From: Ruminococcus bicirculans (ex Wegman et al. 2014)
GTDB lineage: Bacteria; Bacteroidota; Bacteroidia; Bacteroidales; UBA932
Length of the DNA: 49,534 nucleotides
Assembly: GCA_963631065.1 (NCBI GenBank)
Contig: CAVGPE010000052.1
Coordinates: forward strand, 1-49,534
Direction: 5' to 3'
How positions within the stretch are numbered: position 1 is the first letter of the stretch; every line of letters begins with the position of its first letter. The translations under genes and the position numbers were made by a program. Under the pieces are notes generated by a model, which had not been told where the DNA came from, ran no database searches, and saw only the letters and a list, made by a program, of their open reading frames with translations. Below, one piece after another: positions 9,035 through 19,048 of the stretch.

Positions 9035-10195
9035 TCAGCAGTAGTTTCTGTTTATCCTCCTCTCGATGCGCTTCTCCAGCTTGTCCACGAGGGTCTCGTA
9101 GTGGTTGCGCTCGCTCATATCCATTATGAACGCGGTGATGCTGTAGAACGCGAACTGGCAGACAAGCCCGATAATCTGAGGCCTTATCATATCCAGCGTG
9201 CAGGCGGCGTTGTTGATATTGTTGAATCCCTGAATCATAAAGGTTGAAGGGAAAATATACGAGAACGCCTTCCAGAACGGAGGGAAAGCGCTGACCGGCC
9301 ACGCGCATCCGCTGAGGAACAGACAGAGCGAGGACATAAAGAGCAGCACTACGAACACCGTCTCCCTGTGATGCACGAACCGGCTGAAAGTGAAGCTGAA
9401 GGCCACGCAGGTGATGATGAAGAGAAGTATCAGCACGAGCATATCTCCCAGCTCCCCCCTCTGCGGCATACCGAACATCATCGGCACGAGCAGCAGGCCG
9501 TAGATGGCGATACCTATATATATCACCGCATACGCGCAGGCCCTGCCTATCAGGGAGCCGTCGTGGGTCGCGCCGCCCTCGCGCATAGAGCCGTTCATCA
9601 CGCTTACGCCGTAGAACATAGTCTGCTGCACCACGAGAATCAGGGCGGCGGAAAGGAAGAATATCAGGAAGGACATATTGGTGTTGAACGGTATCTCCTC
9701 CTCGGCGGGTATCGCGTTGATGAGCTGTCTGATGCTCTCGTCGCTCATACCGGTGGCGGCATAGCGTGAGGCCTCTATCTGGCCCATCTCATCGAGCATC
9801 ACGTGGTTCACGGCCATAGTTATATCCTTGTAGTAGAGGAAACTGGCCATATCCGCATAGGTCGATACCGTAGCCTGCTCCAGATTGGCGAGGCGCTCGC
9901 TGTAGTCTTCCGGGAAGAATACGACCCCGTGCACCTTGCGCTCCTGCATCAGCTGCTCGGCCTCCTGCATAGTCGCGCACCTGTAGGCAACCTCCACCTC
10001 CCGTGTGGCGTCCAGCTTGCGGGCGAACCTGCGGCTCTCCGCGCTGTTGCTCATATCCACTATCGCGAGAGGCATATCGTCCACCGTCCCTCCGTGATAC
10101 ACTATCCCGTATACGAGCGGATAGATGAGACCTCCGAGCAGGAAGATGACTATGACATACGAGTCGGCGAATATTCTTTTGAGTTCCTTAATCAT
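9035..10195 (-). CDS. ABC-2 type transporter permease
   Basis: TM helix, large periplasmic loop (VDMSNSAESR), five further TM helices and LSGCAWP. Confidence 0.88.
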   Translation of the reverse strand: MIKELKRIFADSYVIVIFLLGGLIYPLVYGIVYHGGTVDDMPLAIVDMSNSAESRRFARKLDATREVEVAYRCATMQEAEQLMQERKVHGVVFFPEDYSERLANLEQATVSTYADMASFLYYKDITMAVNHVMLDEMGQIEASRYAATGMSDESIRQLINAIPAEEEIPFNTNMSFLIFFLSAALILVVQQTMFYGVSVMNGSMREGGATHDGSLIGRACAYAVIYIGIAIYGLLLVPMMFGMPQRGELGDMLVLILLFIITCVAFSFTFSRFVHHRETVFVVLLFMSSLCLFLSGCAWPVSAFPPFWKAFSYIFPSTFMIQGFNNINNAACTLDMIRPQIIGLVCQFAFYSITAFIMDMSERNHYETLVDKLEKRIERRINRNYC

Positions 10196-11349
10196 ATATC
10201 GTAATTCTGATTAACCCACGCTCCCCTGAGCCTGCCGCACACGCAGAGCGGGCCGACAAGGAAAAGGAGCATATATACCATATACTGCCACCATCCGGCG
10301 AAACCGGTGCCGAAAATCACCTCCTGCACATAGAGCAGGTAGTAGAATCTCAGCGGGAACAGCATGGAGATACCCTGAATCGCGGTCGGCATAGCCTCCA
10401 CGGGGAAGGTGAAGCCGGAGAACGAGAATCCGAGTATCGTGAACAGGGCGGCGATGCTCAGCGCATAGCGCAGGGTCGGGAGCAGCCCTATCAGGGTCAC
10501 GGCCACGGCCTCATTGGCGAGTATGAACACCACCATCGCCAGCATCATATTGAGCACGCTTCCGTTGAGCGGGTAGCCGCATACTCCGAACATCAGCAGA
10601 TCGAGTCCAAGCCCGAGAAGCAGATATATCAGCGTATAAGGCAGCAGCTTGCCTATAAGAGCCGCAGTCATCGAGCCGTCGGCAGTCTCCATCAGTTCCC
10701 TGGAAGAGCCGTAGCGCAGCTCCGAGCCGAGGGCGTAGATAAGCACGAAGATAATGCTCAGAGCCAGCAGCCCGGGGAGAATGATATTGTTGAGATACAC
10801 CCCGTAGTTGGTCGTGGCGTTGCCTATTTTGTGTTCGTCTATCACGATAGGCTGTATCAGCCCCATTATCGCCCCCTCGGAATATCCCTTCGCCCTCAAC
10901 ACCTCCCTCTGGACGGCGCCTCCGGTCAGAGTGACCATTGTCAGTATATCCTTGTAGCTCAAGGCGCCGCCGATGAGATAGAGGGAGTTTACATAATAGG
11001 TGAAGACCGGCCTGCGGTTGGCGTTGACATCTTCGTTCATACCACGCGGGATTACGCACAGGGAGGTGACTTCCCCCGTCTGCATCGCATCCCTCGCGGT
11101 GGTGAAGTCTTCGAACTTGATGACCTTGCCGAGCTGTGTCGCGTCGAGCTGGCGGCAGAAGTTACGGGAAAGCGAAGAATTGTCCAGATCCAGCACCCCG
11201 ATAGGAAGGTTCTCCGGAAGGCCCGCCTTGAAGAAGGTCAGGTAGAACAGGCAGCAGACTGCCATCACCCCCACTGACCCCAGAAGGTAAACCGGTTTGC
11301 GGCGTATTATCCCGAACTCCCGCCGCATTACTTTCAAGATGCTGTTCAT
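10192..11349 (-). CDS. ABC-2 type transporter permease
   Basis: LPIGVLDLDNSSLSR and FSGFTFPVEAMP. Overlaps the next gene by 4 bp. Confidence 0.88.
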   Translation of the reverse strand: MNSILKVMRREFGIIRRKPVYLLGSVGVMAVCCLFYLTFFKAGLPENLPIGVLDLDNSSLSRNFCRQLDATQLGKVIKFEDFTTARDAMQTGEVTSLCVIPRGMNEDVNANRRPVFTYYVNSLYLIGGALSYKDILTMVTLTGGAVQREVLRAKGYSEGAIMGLIQPIVIDEHKIGNATTNYGVYLNNIILPGLLALSIIFVLIYALGSELRYGSSRELMETADGSMTAALIGKLLPYTLIYLLLGLGLDLLMFGVCGYPLNGSVLNMMLAMVVFILANEAVAVTLIGLLPTLRYALSIAALFTILGFSFSGFTFPVEAMPTAIQGISMLFPLRFYYLLYVQEVIFGTGFAGWWQYMVYMLLFLVGPLCVCGRLRGAWVNQNYDI

Positions 11350-11350
11350 T

Positions 11351-12340
11351 TTACTTTACTACTATTGCTGTCATTCCCGGACGGAGTCCGTCGATTGCGG
11401 ATGCCGGAACGGCCCTTACCTCGAAGGTCTTGGCATCGTACTTGTCGGTCTCGCTCGTGGCTCTCCAGGTCGCGTAGGACTCTCTGGCGGCGATATAGTT
11501 GACCGTAGCCTTGACGGTGAGGCCGTTGAGAGCAGGTATCTCGAGCGTGAGCTCGCTGCCGTTCTTGATGCTGTTGAGCTTGTCCTCACGGATGTTGAAG
11601 GTGAACCAGATGTCGCTCAGGTCGGTCACGGTCATAATCGGAGAACCGGTCCCGACGAGTTCGCCCACATGCGGATAGCGGGCGCTGATGACACCGTCCA
11701 CCGGAGAGGTGAGCTTGAGTTCGGAGAGGTAGGACTCCACTTCCATCACGGCCCCGTTGGCCTGGTCCACAAGGGCGATGGCGGCGGCCTTGTCCTCGTC
11801 GCGCGCTCCCTTGACGGCCATATCATACTGAGACTTGGCGGCCTGTGCCGTGGCTGCCGCGGCGTTGTACTGCGCGGTGGCCTCGTCGAACTTCTGGTCG
11901 CTGATCACCTTCTGCTCGTGCAGACGGGTGGCGCGGTCGAGAGTCTTCTTGGCGATGTCCTCTCCGACGAGAGCCTTCTGGTAGAGTTCATAGGCTCCGG
12001 CTATCTCCTCCTGGCGGGCCCCGGCGTTGGCCTTGTTGCGCTGGGCTGATGCCGCGGCATAGACGGCCCTCGCCTGGGCGAGCTTGGCCCTCACTTCAGG
12101 AGAGTCGATATCCACAAGCACATCCCCTTTGCGGACAATATCCCCCTCTTTGGCATAGAATGCCTCTATTCTTCCCGGCACCTTGCCGGACACGCGGTAT
12201 TCCGTGGCCTCGGCCTCGCCCTGGATGACGGCCGGCTTCGGTCTTGAGAAAATGATGCCGAGTACAGCTACCGCTGCGATGAGCGCAACCAGCACGATGA
12301 TTCCAAGCAGCAGGTTGCCTTTGTTCTGAGTCTTTTCCAT
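11351..12340 (-). CDS. HlyD-family membrane fusion protein
   Basis: N-terminal TM, lipoyl-like halves (VSGKVPGRI, LTSPVDGVI), coiled coil and LRPGM. Confidence 0.9.
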   Translation of the reverse strand: MEKTQNKGNLLLGIIVLVALIAAVAVLGIIFSRPKPAVIQGEAEATEYRVSGKVPGRIEAFYAKEGDIVRKGDVLVDIDSPEVRAKLAQARAVYAAASAQRNKANAGARQEEIAGAYELYQKALVGEDIAKKTLDRATRLHEQKVISDQKFDEATAQYNAAAATAQAAKSQYDMAVKGARDEDKAAAIALVDQANGAVMEVESYLSELKLTSPVDGVISARYPHVGELVGTGSPIMTVTDLSDIWFTFNIREDKLNSIKNGSELTLEIPALNGLTVKATVNYIAARESYATWRATSETDKYDAKTFEVRAVPASAIDGLRPGMTAIVVK

Positions 12341-12372
12341 ATTGTGTTTTCTTTTTTAAATTTCGTTGTCAA

Positions 12373-13866
12373 TTAAAGCCTGCCCTCCGCTTTCGCGAGA
12401 TTGACGCTGCACATCTGCAGCTCCACTCCGGATTCGATTACTTCGGAGTTGGCCTGAAGCCAGGCCGTCTGGGCCTGCAGGACCACATTGGAGGCTATCA
12501 TACCTTCGTTCCATCCGGCGGTCGCCACTCTGAGGTTCTCCTCAGCGTTGCGCAGGTTGCTCTCGGCGGTGGTAAGTTTCTCGAGAGCCTCGGTCTCCTG
12601 CTGACGCAGCTGGGCCACCTGGAGGGATATCATCTCCTTGGCGTCGTCAAGTTTGATGCGGGTCATCACGGCCTCGGCCTTGGCCTTGCGGGTCTTGTTG
12701 AGGTTCTCTCCCCCGTGGAAAAGAGGGACGGACACCACCACCCCGGCGGTGAAGAAGTCTCCGAATTTCTTCTGATAACCGTTGAGGAGATTAGGGTTTG
12801 TCACTATATAATTGGCGGTGAGGGCCACGGTCGGGAGCATCTCCGCACGGGCGATGTCCACCTTGCGTGCATAGATGTCCTCGGCGAGTTTCAGGCTCTT
12901 TATCTCCGGACGGGCTTCGTATATCTCCTCGTCGGAGATGACAGGACTCATCTGAGGGACAGGGATTCTGTCGAGCGACTCGTCCGCAAGGCTTATCTCA
13001 CTGTCGAGCGGCAGTCCGCACTCCTTGCAGAGAAGCATCTTGGCAAGGGCGAGTCCGTTGGTGGCCTTGGTCAGAAGCATATCGGCTTCGTTGGCCTTGA
13101 CCTTGACGGTGAGAGCGTCGGACGGGGTCGCGAAGCCCTCGGCTATCAGCGCGTCGGTATCCTTCTCCATCTGGTGCAGCAGGTCGGCATAGCCCTCGGC
13201 GAGCCTCTTTTTGCCCGATATGGACACTATCTGCCAGTAGGCCTGCTCGATGTCGACAAGAACCTGGCTGTGCTCCTGGTCGTACTGCGCCTCGGCGAGC
13301 TTCCGGGCGGAGGCCGCCATCCTGTTGGCCGCCACAATCTTGCCGCCCACGAATACAGGCTGCTGCACGGAGACTATCGCGGCTGCGGTATTGCTGACGT
13401 CAATGTTCAGAGCCTCGCTTATCTTCCCGCCGATGGCATTGATCGGGGTGGCGATGTCGGTATTCTTGGCATAGCCGATGAGCTTCTGCAGGGCAGGGTC
13501 GGTCATCACCTTCTGAAGGATGACCGGGTCGGAGAGAATCGACGTGAGCTTGTCGTTGATGTCATTCTGCAGGATGGTTCCGGCATTGGTGAGTTCGGCG
13601 GTGGTCTCGTCGCTTATGAACTTGAGATCCTTGTTGACATACATATATGTGCCTGATGCCGTGATTTTCGGGAAATAGTTGGCTGCGGCGATTTTGCGGT
13701 CATAGCCGGCGATTTCCACTTTCTGCTTCGCCGTCTTGAGCGAATTGCTGTTGTCGACCGCCATTTGTCTGCACTCGTCTAATGTCAGCACCCGCTGGGC
13801 CCCCGCCTGCACCGGCAGGAGAGCGAGCGCACTCGTCAGAATGATGATGATTCTTTTCATTTCCAT
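12373..13866 (-). CDS. TolC-family outer membrane efflux protein
   Basis: Signal peptide, LTLDECRQMA, QPVFVGGK, VSVPLFHGG. Confidence 0.9.
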   Translation of the reverse strand: MEMKRIIIILTSALALLPVQAGAQRVLTLDECRQMAVDNSNSLKTAKQKVEIAGYDRKIAAANYFPKITASGTYMYVNKDLKFISDETTAELTNAGTILQNDINDKLTSILSDPVILQKVMTDPALQKLIGYAKNTDIATPINAIGGKISEALNIDVSNTAAAIVSVQQPVFVGGKIVAANRMAASARKLAEAQYDQEHSQVLVDIEQAYWQIVSISGKKRLAEGYADLLHQMEKDTDALIAEGFATPSDALTVKVKANEADMLLTKATNGLALAKMLLCKECGLPLDSEISLADESLDRIPVPQMSPVISDEEIYEARPEIKSLKLAEDIYARKVDIARAEMLPTVALTANYIVTNPNLLNGYQKKFGDFFTAGVVVSVPLFHGGENLNKTRKAKAEAVMTRIKLDDAKEMISLQVAQLRQQETEALEKLTTAESNLRNAEENLRVATAGWNEGMIASNVVLQAQTAWLQANSEVIESGVELQMCSVNLAKAEGRL

Positions 13867-14056
13867 ATAATATCTGTTTTTGTTTTATCGGGTCAGGCGT
13901 CTCCTTTCGGGAGAGCGCGGTATATAGATTCAAATTCTCTACCATCTGTAAGAAAAAGTGCATAACAAAAGGGGGTGCGAATTATACATTCGGTCGAAAA
14001 AAGCGACTTTTTAATATTTTTTGCGTATTTTTGTAAGAACTTGAAAACCACCGCAG

Positions 14057-14971
14057 ATGCAGAAATATCGTGAAGTGAACATCCGGGAGCTGCGCAGACG
14101 CTTCCCCGCCGCTATGGTCTGTGACGATTTGTCAGAAGACCTCTTCATCGCCGAACTCCAGTACGAGTCCGATATGGACGTAATCAAGCACCCCTGCCGC
14201 TTCGACGGCTATCTGGCGTTTTTCTGCTACAGGGGGCACTTCGATGTGGAGGTCAATCTCAGGACATTCCAGGTCAAGGAGGGTTCGCTTTTCGTATATA
14301 CGCCGGGGAACATAGTCCGCGTGTCGGGAATCGCCCCTGAAGACAAGCGGGACGTGCATTTCCTCGTGATTGCAGTGTCCAACAACCTGATGAGGATGAC
14401 GCGCTTCGACTTCAACAAGCTCTACGACGAGAGCCTGAGGCTGCTGGAAAATCCCTGCGTGGTCATCAGCGGCCGCGAACGGGACATCTGCAGGAAGTAT
14501 CTCGACCTTGTCAAGGATATCTCGGCGGCATCCCTTCCCAACTCCCGCGACGCCATATCATCGCTCATCACCTCAGTATTCTATCTGGCGGGGGCGCTGT
14601 GGGCTGACAGATTGTCAGAGGCCCGCCAGAAGTCAGAAGACAACCGCTCCGTGCGCTCAAAGGCGGTGCTTGAGGACTTCCTGACCCTTGTCAGGGACAA
14701 CCACAACAGGGAGAGAAGCCTCTCCTTCTATGCGGAGAAACTCTATCTGACCCCGAAATATCTCTCGAAGCTCGTCAAGACCGTGAGCGGCAAATCGGCG
14801 CACGAGTGGATAGACTCCTTCGTGATACTGGAAGCGAAGAATATGCTCAAATACTCCGATATGAGCATCAAGACCATAGTATGGGAACTGAACTTCCCCA
14901 ACCAGACCACCTTCTACCGCTTCTTCAAAGCCCACACCGGGATGACCCCGTCGGAATACAGAAAGAGCTGA
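14057..14971 (+). CDS. AraC-family transcriptional regulator
   Basis: C-terminal FYAEKLYLTPKYLS...FYRFFKAHTGMTPSEYR. Divergent from the efflux operon. Confidence 0.92.
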   Translation: MQKYREVNIRELRRRFPAAMVCDDLSEDLFIAELQYESDMDVIKHPCRFDGYLAFFCYRGHFDVEVNLRTFQVKEGSLFVYTPGNIVRVSGIAPEDKRDVHFLVIAVSNNLMRMTRFDFNKLYDESLRLLENPCVVISGRERDICRKYLDLVKDISAASLPNSRDAISSLITSVFYLAGALWADRLSEARQKSEDNRSVRSKAVLEDFLTLVRDNHNRERSLSFYAEKLYLTPKYLSKLVKTVSGKSAHEWIDSFVILEAKNMLKYSDMSIKTIVWELNFPNQTTFYRFFKAHTGMTPSEYRKS

Positions 14972-14989
14972 GCCCCCCGTAAACCAAAA

Positions 14990-15015
14990 TCGCCGACCCC
15001 GCAAGGGGTCAGCGA
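14990..15015 (-). terminator. Intrinsic terminator after rpmH, possibly bidirectional
   Basis: TCGCCGACCCC-GCAA-GGGGTCAGCGA hairpin followed by TTTTGGTTT on the minus strand. Confidence 0.7.
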
Positions 15016-15042
15016 CTTATGGGTCTGCGGAGAGTCCGGCTG

Positions 15043-15195
15043 TTAGAAGTGGTTCTCTGAAGATACTGTGAGCCTCTTGCGTCCGTGTGCGCGGCGGGAT
15101 GCAAGCACCCTGCGGCCGTTCGCTGTGCTCATACGCTCGCGGAAGCCGTGCTTATTGACTCTCTTGCGGTTTGACGGTTGAAATGTCCTTTTCAT
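15043..15195 (-). CDS. rpmH: 50S ribosomal protein L34
   Basis: [22 protein letters not shown]. Confidence 0.97.
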   Translation of the reverse strand: MKRTFQPSNRKRVNKHGFRERMSTANGRRVLASRRAHGRKRLTVSSENHF

Positions 15196-15212
15196 TATCT
15201 GTTCTTTTTTAA

Positions 15213-15827
15213 TTATTCGGATTCGGGAGGGCAAAGATAAGATTTTCCTATCTCAATTACAAATTTTTCTGCGAAATAATCGTCCTTGAGCCAGTCGGAT
15301 ATCTTCCAGCAGCGGATATTGTCCGGCTTCAGGGAGCATCTGCGCAGCAGTTCGGAGATCTCCCCGTTGACATCTCCGCCCTTCAGACAGAGTATGCTCC
15401 TGCGGAACTTCCCCTTCACCCAGGGGTAGAACCTGTCCAGAGACGTCACGGCCCGGGACACCACCCAGTCATAGCTGCCCGGGAGGGTTTCAGCGCGGGC
15501 GTTGACGCACCGCACGTTGGTGAGTCCAAGTGCCTCCGCGACAGCGCCGGCGACGGTTATCTTCTTGCCTATGGAGTCGCAGAGCGTGAATCCGGTATCG
15601 GGGAACTCCATCGCGAGAGGGATGCCGGGAAAACCTCCTCCCGTACCCACGTCCAGCACCGTCGCCCCGCTCCAGACCCCTTCGGGGTAGAAACGGCGGA
15701 GGTATTCGGCTATCGCAAGCGAATGCAGGATATGATGCCCGTAGATATTGTCCATATCCTTGCGGGATATCACGTTGATCCTGGCGTTCCACTCGGTGTA
15801 GAGTTCTATAAGTCGCGTATAATCCAT
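15213..15827 (-). CDS. rsmG: 16S rRNA m7G527 methyltransferase
   Basis: [38 protein letters not shown]. Confidence 0.95.
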   Translation of the reverse strand: MDYTRLIELYTEWNARINVISRKDMDNIYGHHILHSLAIAEYLRRFYPEGVWSGATVLDVGTGGGFPGIPLAMEFPDTGFTLCDSIGKKITVAGAVAEALGLTNVRCVNARAETLPGSYDWVVSRAVTSLDRFYPWVKGKFRRSILCLKGGDVNGEISELLRRCSLKPDNIRCWKISDWLKDDYFAEKFVIEIGKSYLCPPESE

Positions 15828-15828
15828 A

Positions 15829-16416
15829 TCATTCCGATGATTTCATCTCGTCTATTATCGCCTTGGCGCGTCTGATGCGCGTGCGCACGGTGTTGAGCTC
15901 CATATCGAACTCCTCCGCTATCTCCTTGTACTGCAGACCGTCCAGAAGCCTGCGGCGGGCGATGTCGCGGTAGAGTTCCGGGAGAGAGTCGATGCAGGCC
16001 CTGAGCTTCTCCTCGTCCTCGTCCTTTATGATGCTCTCCAGAGGGGTCGCGTCGGCATCCCCTATGGTCTCTATCGCTATGCCGGCAGTGGGGCTGTCGT
16101 CTATGGAGACCATCTTGCGCTGCGTGCGCGTCTCGGCCTCTATGGTGTCCAGGGCCGTGTTGCGGGCTATGGCCTTGAGCCAGGTGGAGAACAGGCTCCG
16201 GGAGGGGTCATAGCTGCGTATCTGCCTGAAAGCCTTCTCGAAGCTGCGCGAGCAGATGTCGTCGATATAGAAGCCGTCAAGCTGCTTCATAGTGCCGGCG
16301 AGATATGCCCTGAGAGACTCGATATTGGTGTCCCAGAGTTCGGTGAACGCGGTGCCGTCGCCGATTATCGCCCGGCGGACAAGTTCGTCAGTGGGCGTCG
16401 AGCCAGTTTTTGCCAT
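15829..16416 (-). CDS. ECF-type RNA polymerase sigma factor
   Basis: Region 2 (FSTWLKAIARNTALD) and region 4 (YKEIAEEFDMELNTVRTRIRRAK). Confidence 0.9.
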   Translation of the reverse strand: MAKTGSTPTDELVRRAIIGDGTAFTELWDTNIESLRAYLAGTMKQLDGFYIDDICSRSFEKAFRQIRSYDPSRSLFSTWLKAIARNTALDTIEAETRTQRKMVSIDDSPTAGIAIETIGDADATPLESIIKDEDEEKLRACIDSLPELYRDIARRRLLDGLQYKEIAEEFDMELNTVRTRIRRAKAIIDEMKSSE

Positions 16417-19006
16417 AATTGCACTCTACTGTGAGCGGAACTGTAAGCTTTGTCACATTCTCCATCTCCCCGACGAGGATTTCCCGCACCCTGTCCGTTT
16501 CGGCGCAGGGTACTTCGAGCAGGAGTTCGTCGTGAATCTGGAGTACCATAGCGGATTTCAGACCCTCCTCGCGCAGCCGCCTGTCCACGGCCGTCATAGC
16601 GAGTTTGATGATGTCCGCCGCACTGCCCTGAATAGGGGCGTTCACGGCATTGCGCTCGGCAAGGGAGCGGACGGTGGCGTTGGAGGAATTGATGTCCGCG
16701 ATATAGCGCCTGCGTCCGAAAAGCGTCTCCACGAATCCGTCGCGCCTGGCGGCAGCTGTCGTGTCATCTATATATTGTCTGATTGCGGGAAAGGAGGCGA
16801 AGTAGTCGTCGATGATGCGTCTGGCCTCCTGACGCGTGCAGTGCAGCCTCTGGCTCAGACCGAAAGCGGAGATGCCGTACATTATGCCGAAATTGGCCGT
16901 CTTGGCCACACGGCGCTGCTCCGCTGTGACCTGCCCTGCGGGAACGTCGAAAATCTTCGCGGCAGTGGCCGCGTGTACGTCCATCCCCTCCCGGAATGCG
17001 CTGACAAGATGCCCGTCACCGCTGAAATGCGCCATCAGCCTGAGTTCTATCTGGGAATAGTCCGCCGACATCATCACGCTGCCCTCCTCTCCGGCCACGA
17101 ACGCGCGGCGTATCTCCCTGCCGAGATCGGTGCGGACAGGGATGTTCTGCAGGTTGGGATTGGACGAGGAGAGCCTCCCCGTCGAGGTAAGCGTCTGGTT
17201 GAAGGTGGTGTGTACGCGACCGTCGCGGGGCGAAACATAGCCGGCGAAGGGTTCGATATAGGTCGAAAGCAGCTTGCGAAGCCCCCTGTAGTCGAGTATG
17301 GCCTCTATTATCGGGCTGCGGTCCGAGAGTTCCTGAAGGGTCTGCTCGTCCGTCGGCCAGTTGCCGGAGCGGGGCTTTTTCGCCTTGGGGTCAAGGGCGA
17401 GCTTCTCGAAGAGGACCGCACCTATCTGCTTGGGGGAAGAGACGTTGAGCTGCGGCTCTCCGGCGAGTTCCCGCACTTCCCTCTCCCGCTCCGCCATACG
17501 GCTCCGCAGCATCGCGGCGAAATCGGACAGCGAGTCGAGGTCCACCTTGACACCCTTCATCTCCATCCTCGAAAGCACTCCGATGAGCGGCTCCTCTATC
17601 TCGTCATACAGCCTTCTGAGACCTTCAACAGCATCAATTTCCCTGTTCAGGCACTCGTCGAGCCGGAGCAGCGCGAGCGCGGACTTCGACATATCGGGGC
17701 AGTCCGACTCCTGAGGCGAGTCGTCGAAAAGCGTTGCCTCGCGCTCCCCGCTCTCCGCCGCAAGGTCCACGCCGAGATAGGCGCTGACCAGGGTTTCGAA
17801 CTTGTGGCTGCGTTCCGGATTGAGCAGATAGTGCATCAGTTCCACATCCTCCAGCCTTCCCGCAAGGGATATCCCGTCCGCCGCGAGAGTATTCATCAGA
17901 TGTTTGATCCCGGCTCCCACCTTCACCGTCCCGCCGTCCTGGAGAAGCGCTCGGAATTCTTCCGGAGTCCCGGACGCGCACTTCGAGGCGGACGCCGCGA
18001 AGATGCGGTTTCCGCTCAGGCACAGGGCGACTTTCTTCTCTGCGGAGACAAGACGCGCGAACTCCTCCGACGGCAGTGTCTCCACCTCAAGGGAGACGGC
18101 CTTTCTGGATGAAGCCTCTCTTCCTGAAGACAGACCTCCGGATATCTTCTCCAGCAGGCGGCGCAGGGAAGGCATCTCGTATTCGTCCAGCAGGGCCTCC
18201 AGAGCCGGAGTGTCGCAAGGATTGAATACCATATCCTCCCGACTCACTTCAAGCGGCACGTCGGTGCGTATCGTGACAAGCTCCCCGGAGAGGCCGATAT
18301 GCGGTTCGGCGGCGCGGAACAGTTCCTGCTGTCTGGGGGTGAGTTCTTCCAGATGGGCGTATATCCCCTCCGTGCTGCCGTATTTCGAGAGCAGTTTCGC
18401 CGCCCCCACCGGGCCCACGCCCTGCACTCCGGGGACATTGTCGGAAGAGTCGCCGCAGAGCGTCAGTATGTCCCTGACCTGAGAGGGAGAGGAGATGTTC
18501 CACTTGGCGCAGACCGCAGCCTCGTCGAGGATTTCATTGTCGGAGCCGGATTTACCCGGCTTGTACTGGAATATGTGCGGGGCGACCAGCTGCCCGTAAT
18601 CCTTGTCCGGGGTCACCATATATACGTCGAAGCCTTCGGCGGCGAAGCGTTTCGCTGCCGTGCCTATCACATCGTCCGCCTCGAATCCGGAGACCATCAG
18701 CACGGGGATGCCGAGCGAACGCACGATATCTGTCAGCGGCTCGAGAGCATCTATCACAAGCTGAGGGGTTTCGCTCCTGTTGGCCTTGTAGAGGGGATAG
18801 AGCGCGTTGCGGAAAGTGCCTCCGGGAGGGTCGAAACTGACCGCGACGTGCGTAGGCTTCTCGCGGTCAATCATCTCCAGCAGATATTTGGTGAAGCCGA
18901 AGAGGATTGAGGTATCCGCACCCTTGGAATTGACCATAGGGCGACCGAGGAAGGCATAGTACATCTTGAAGATCAGCGCGTGACCGTCAATGAGAAAAAG
19001 TTTCAT
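16388..19006 (-). CDS. polA: DNA polymerase I
   Basis: LIDGHAL 5'-3' exonuclease domain, TGRLSSSNPNLQNIP, ADYSQIELR, QGSAADIIK, LQIHDEL. Confidence 0.97.
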   Translation of the reverse strand: MKLFLIDGHALIFKMYYAFLGRPMVNSKGADTSILFGFTKYLLEMIDREKPTHVAVSFDPPGGTFRNALYPLYKANRSETPQLVIDALEPLTDIVRSLGIPVLMVSGFEADDVIGTAAKRFAAEGFDVYMVTPDKDYGQLVAPHIFQYKPGKSGSDNEILDEAAVCAKWNISSPSQVRDILTLCGDSSDNVPGVQGVGPVGAAKLLSKYGSTEGIYAHLEELTPRQQELFRAAEPHIGLSGELVTIRTDVPLEVSREDMVFNPCDTPALEALLDEYEMPSLRRLLEKISGGLSSGREASSRKAVSLEVETLPSEEFARLVSAEKKVALCLSGNRIFAASASKCASGTPEEFRALLQDGGTVKVGAGIKHLMNTLAADGISLAGRLEDVELMHYLLNPERSHKFETLVSAYLGVDLAAESGEREATLFDDSPQESDCPDMSKSALALLRLDECLNREIDAVEGLRRLYDEIEEPLIGVLSRMEMKGVKVDLDSLSDFAAMLRSRMAEREREVRELAGEPQLNVSSPKQIGAVLFEKLALDPKAKKPRSGNWPTDEQTLQELSDRSPIIEAILDYRGLRKLLSTYIEPFAGYVSPRDGRVHTTFNQTLTSTGRLSSSNPNLQNIPVRTDLGREIRRAFVAGEEGSVMMSADYSQIELRLMAHFSGDGHLVSAFREGMDVHAATAAKIFDVPAGQVTAEQRRVAKTANFGIMYGISAFGLSQRLHCTRQEARRIIDDYFASFPAIRQYIDDTTAAARRDGFVETLFGRRRYIADINSSNATVRSLAERNAVNAPIQGSAADIIKLAMTAVDRRLREEGLKSAMVLQIHDELLLEVPCAETDRVREILVGEMENVTKLTVPLTVECNYGKNWLDAH

Positions 19007-19048
19007 ACGGCAAAGATGAAACTTTTTCCGAAACTTCGCAACAGCTTC

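Noticed and set aside
16292..18112. 606-aa plus-strand ORF, and similar long ORFs at 4538-5737, 22582-24306, 25200-26225, 27599-28741, 35900-37051 and 44327-45916
   Set aside because: Antisense shadows of well-supported genes (polA, dxr, infB, nusA, lpxA, tilS, tmk/Rpn). They are expected from GC-rich codon bias and show no recognisable motifs.
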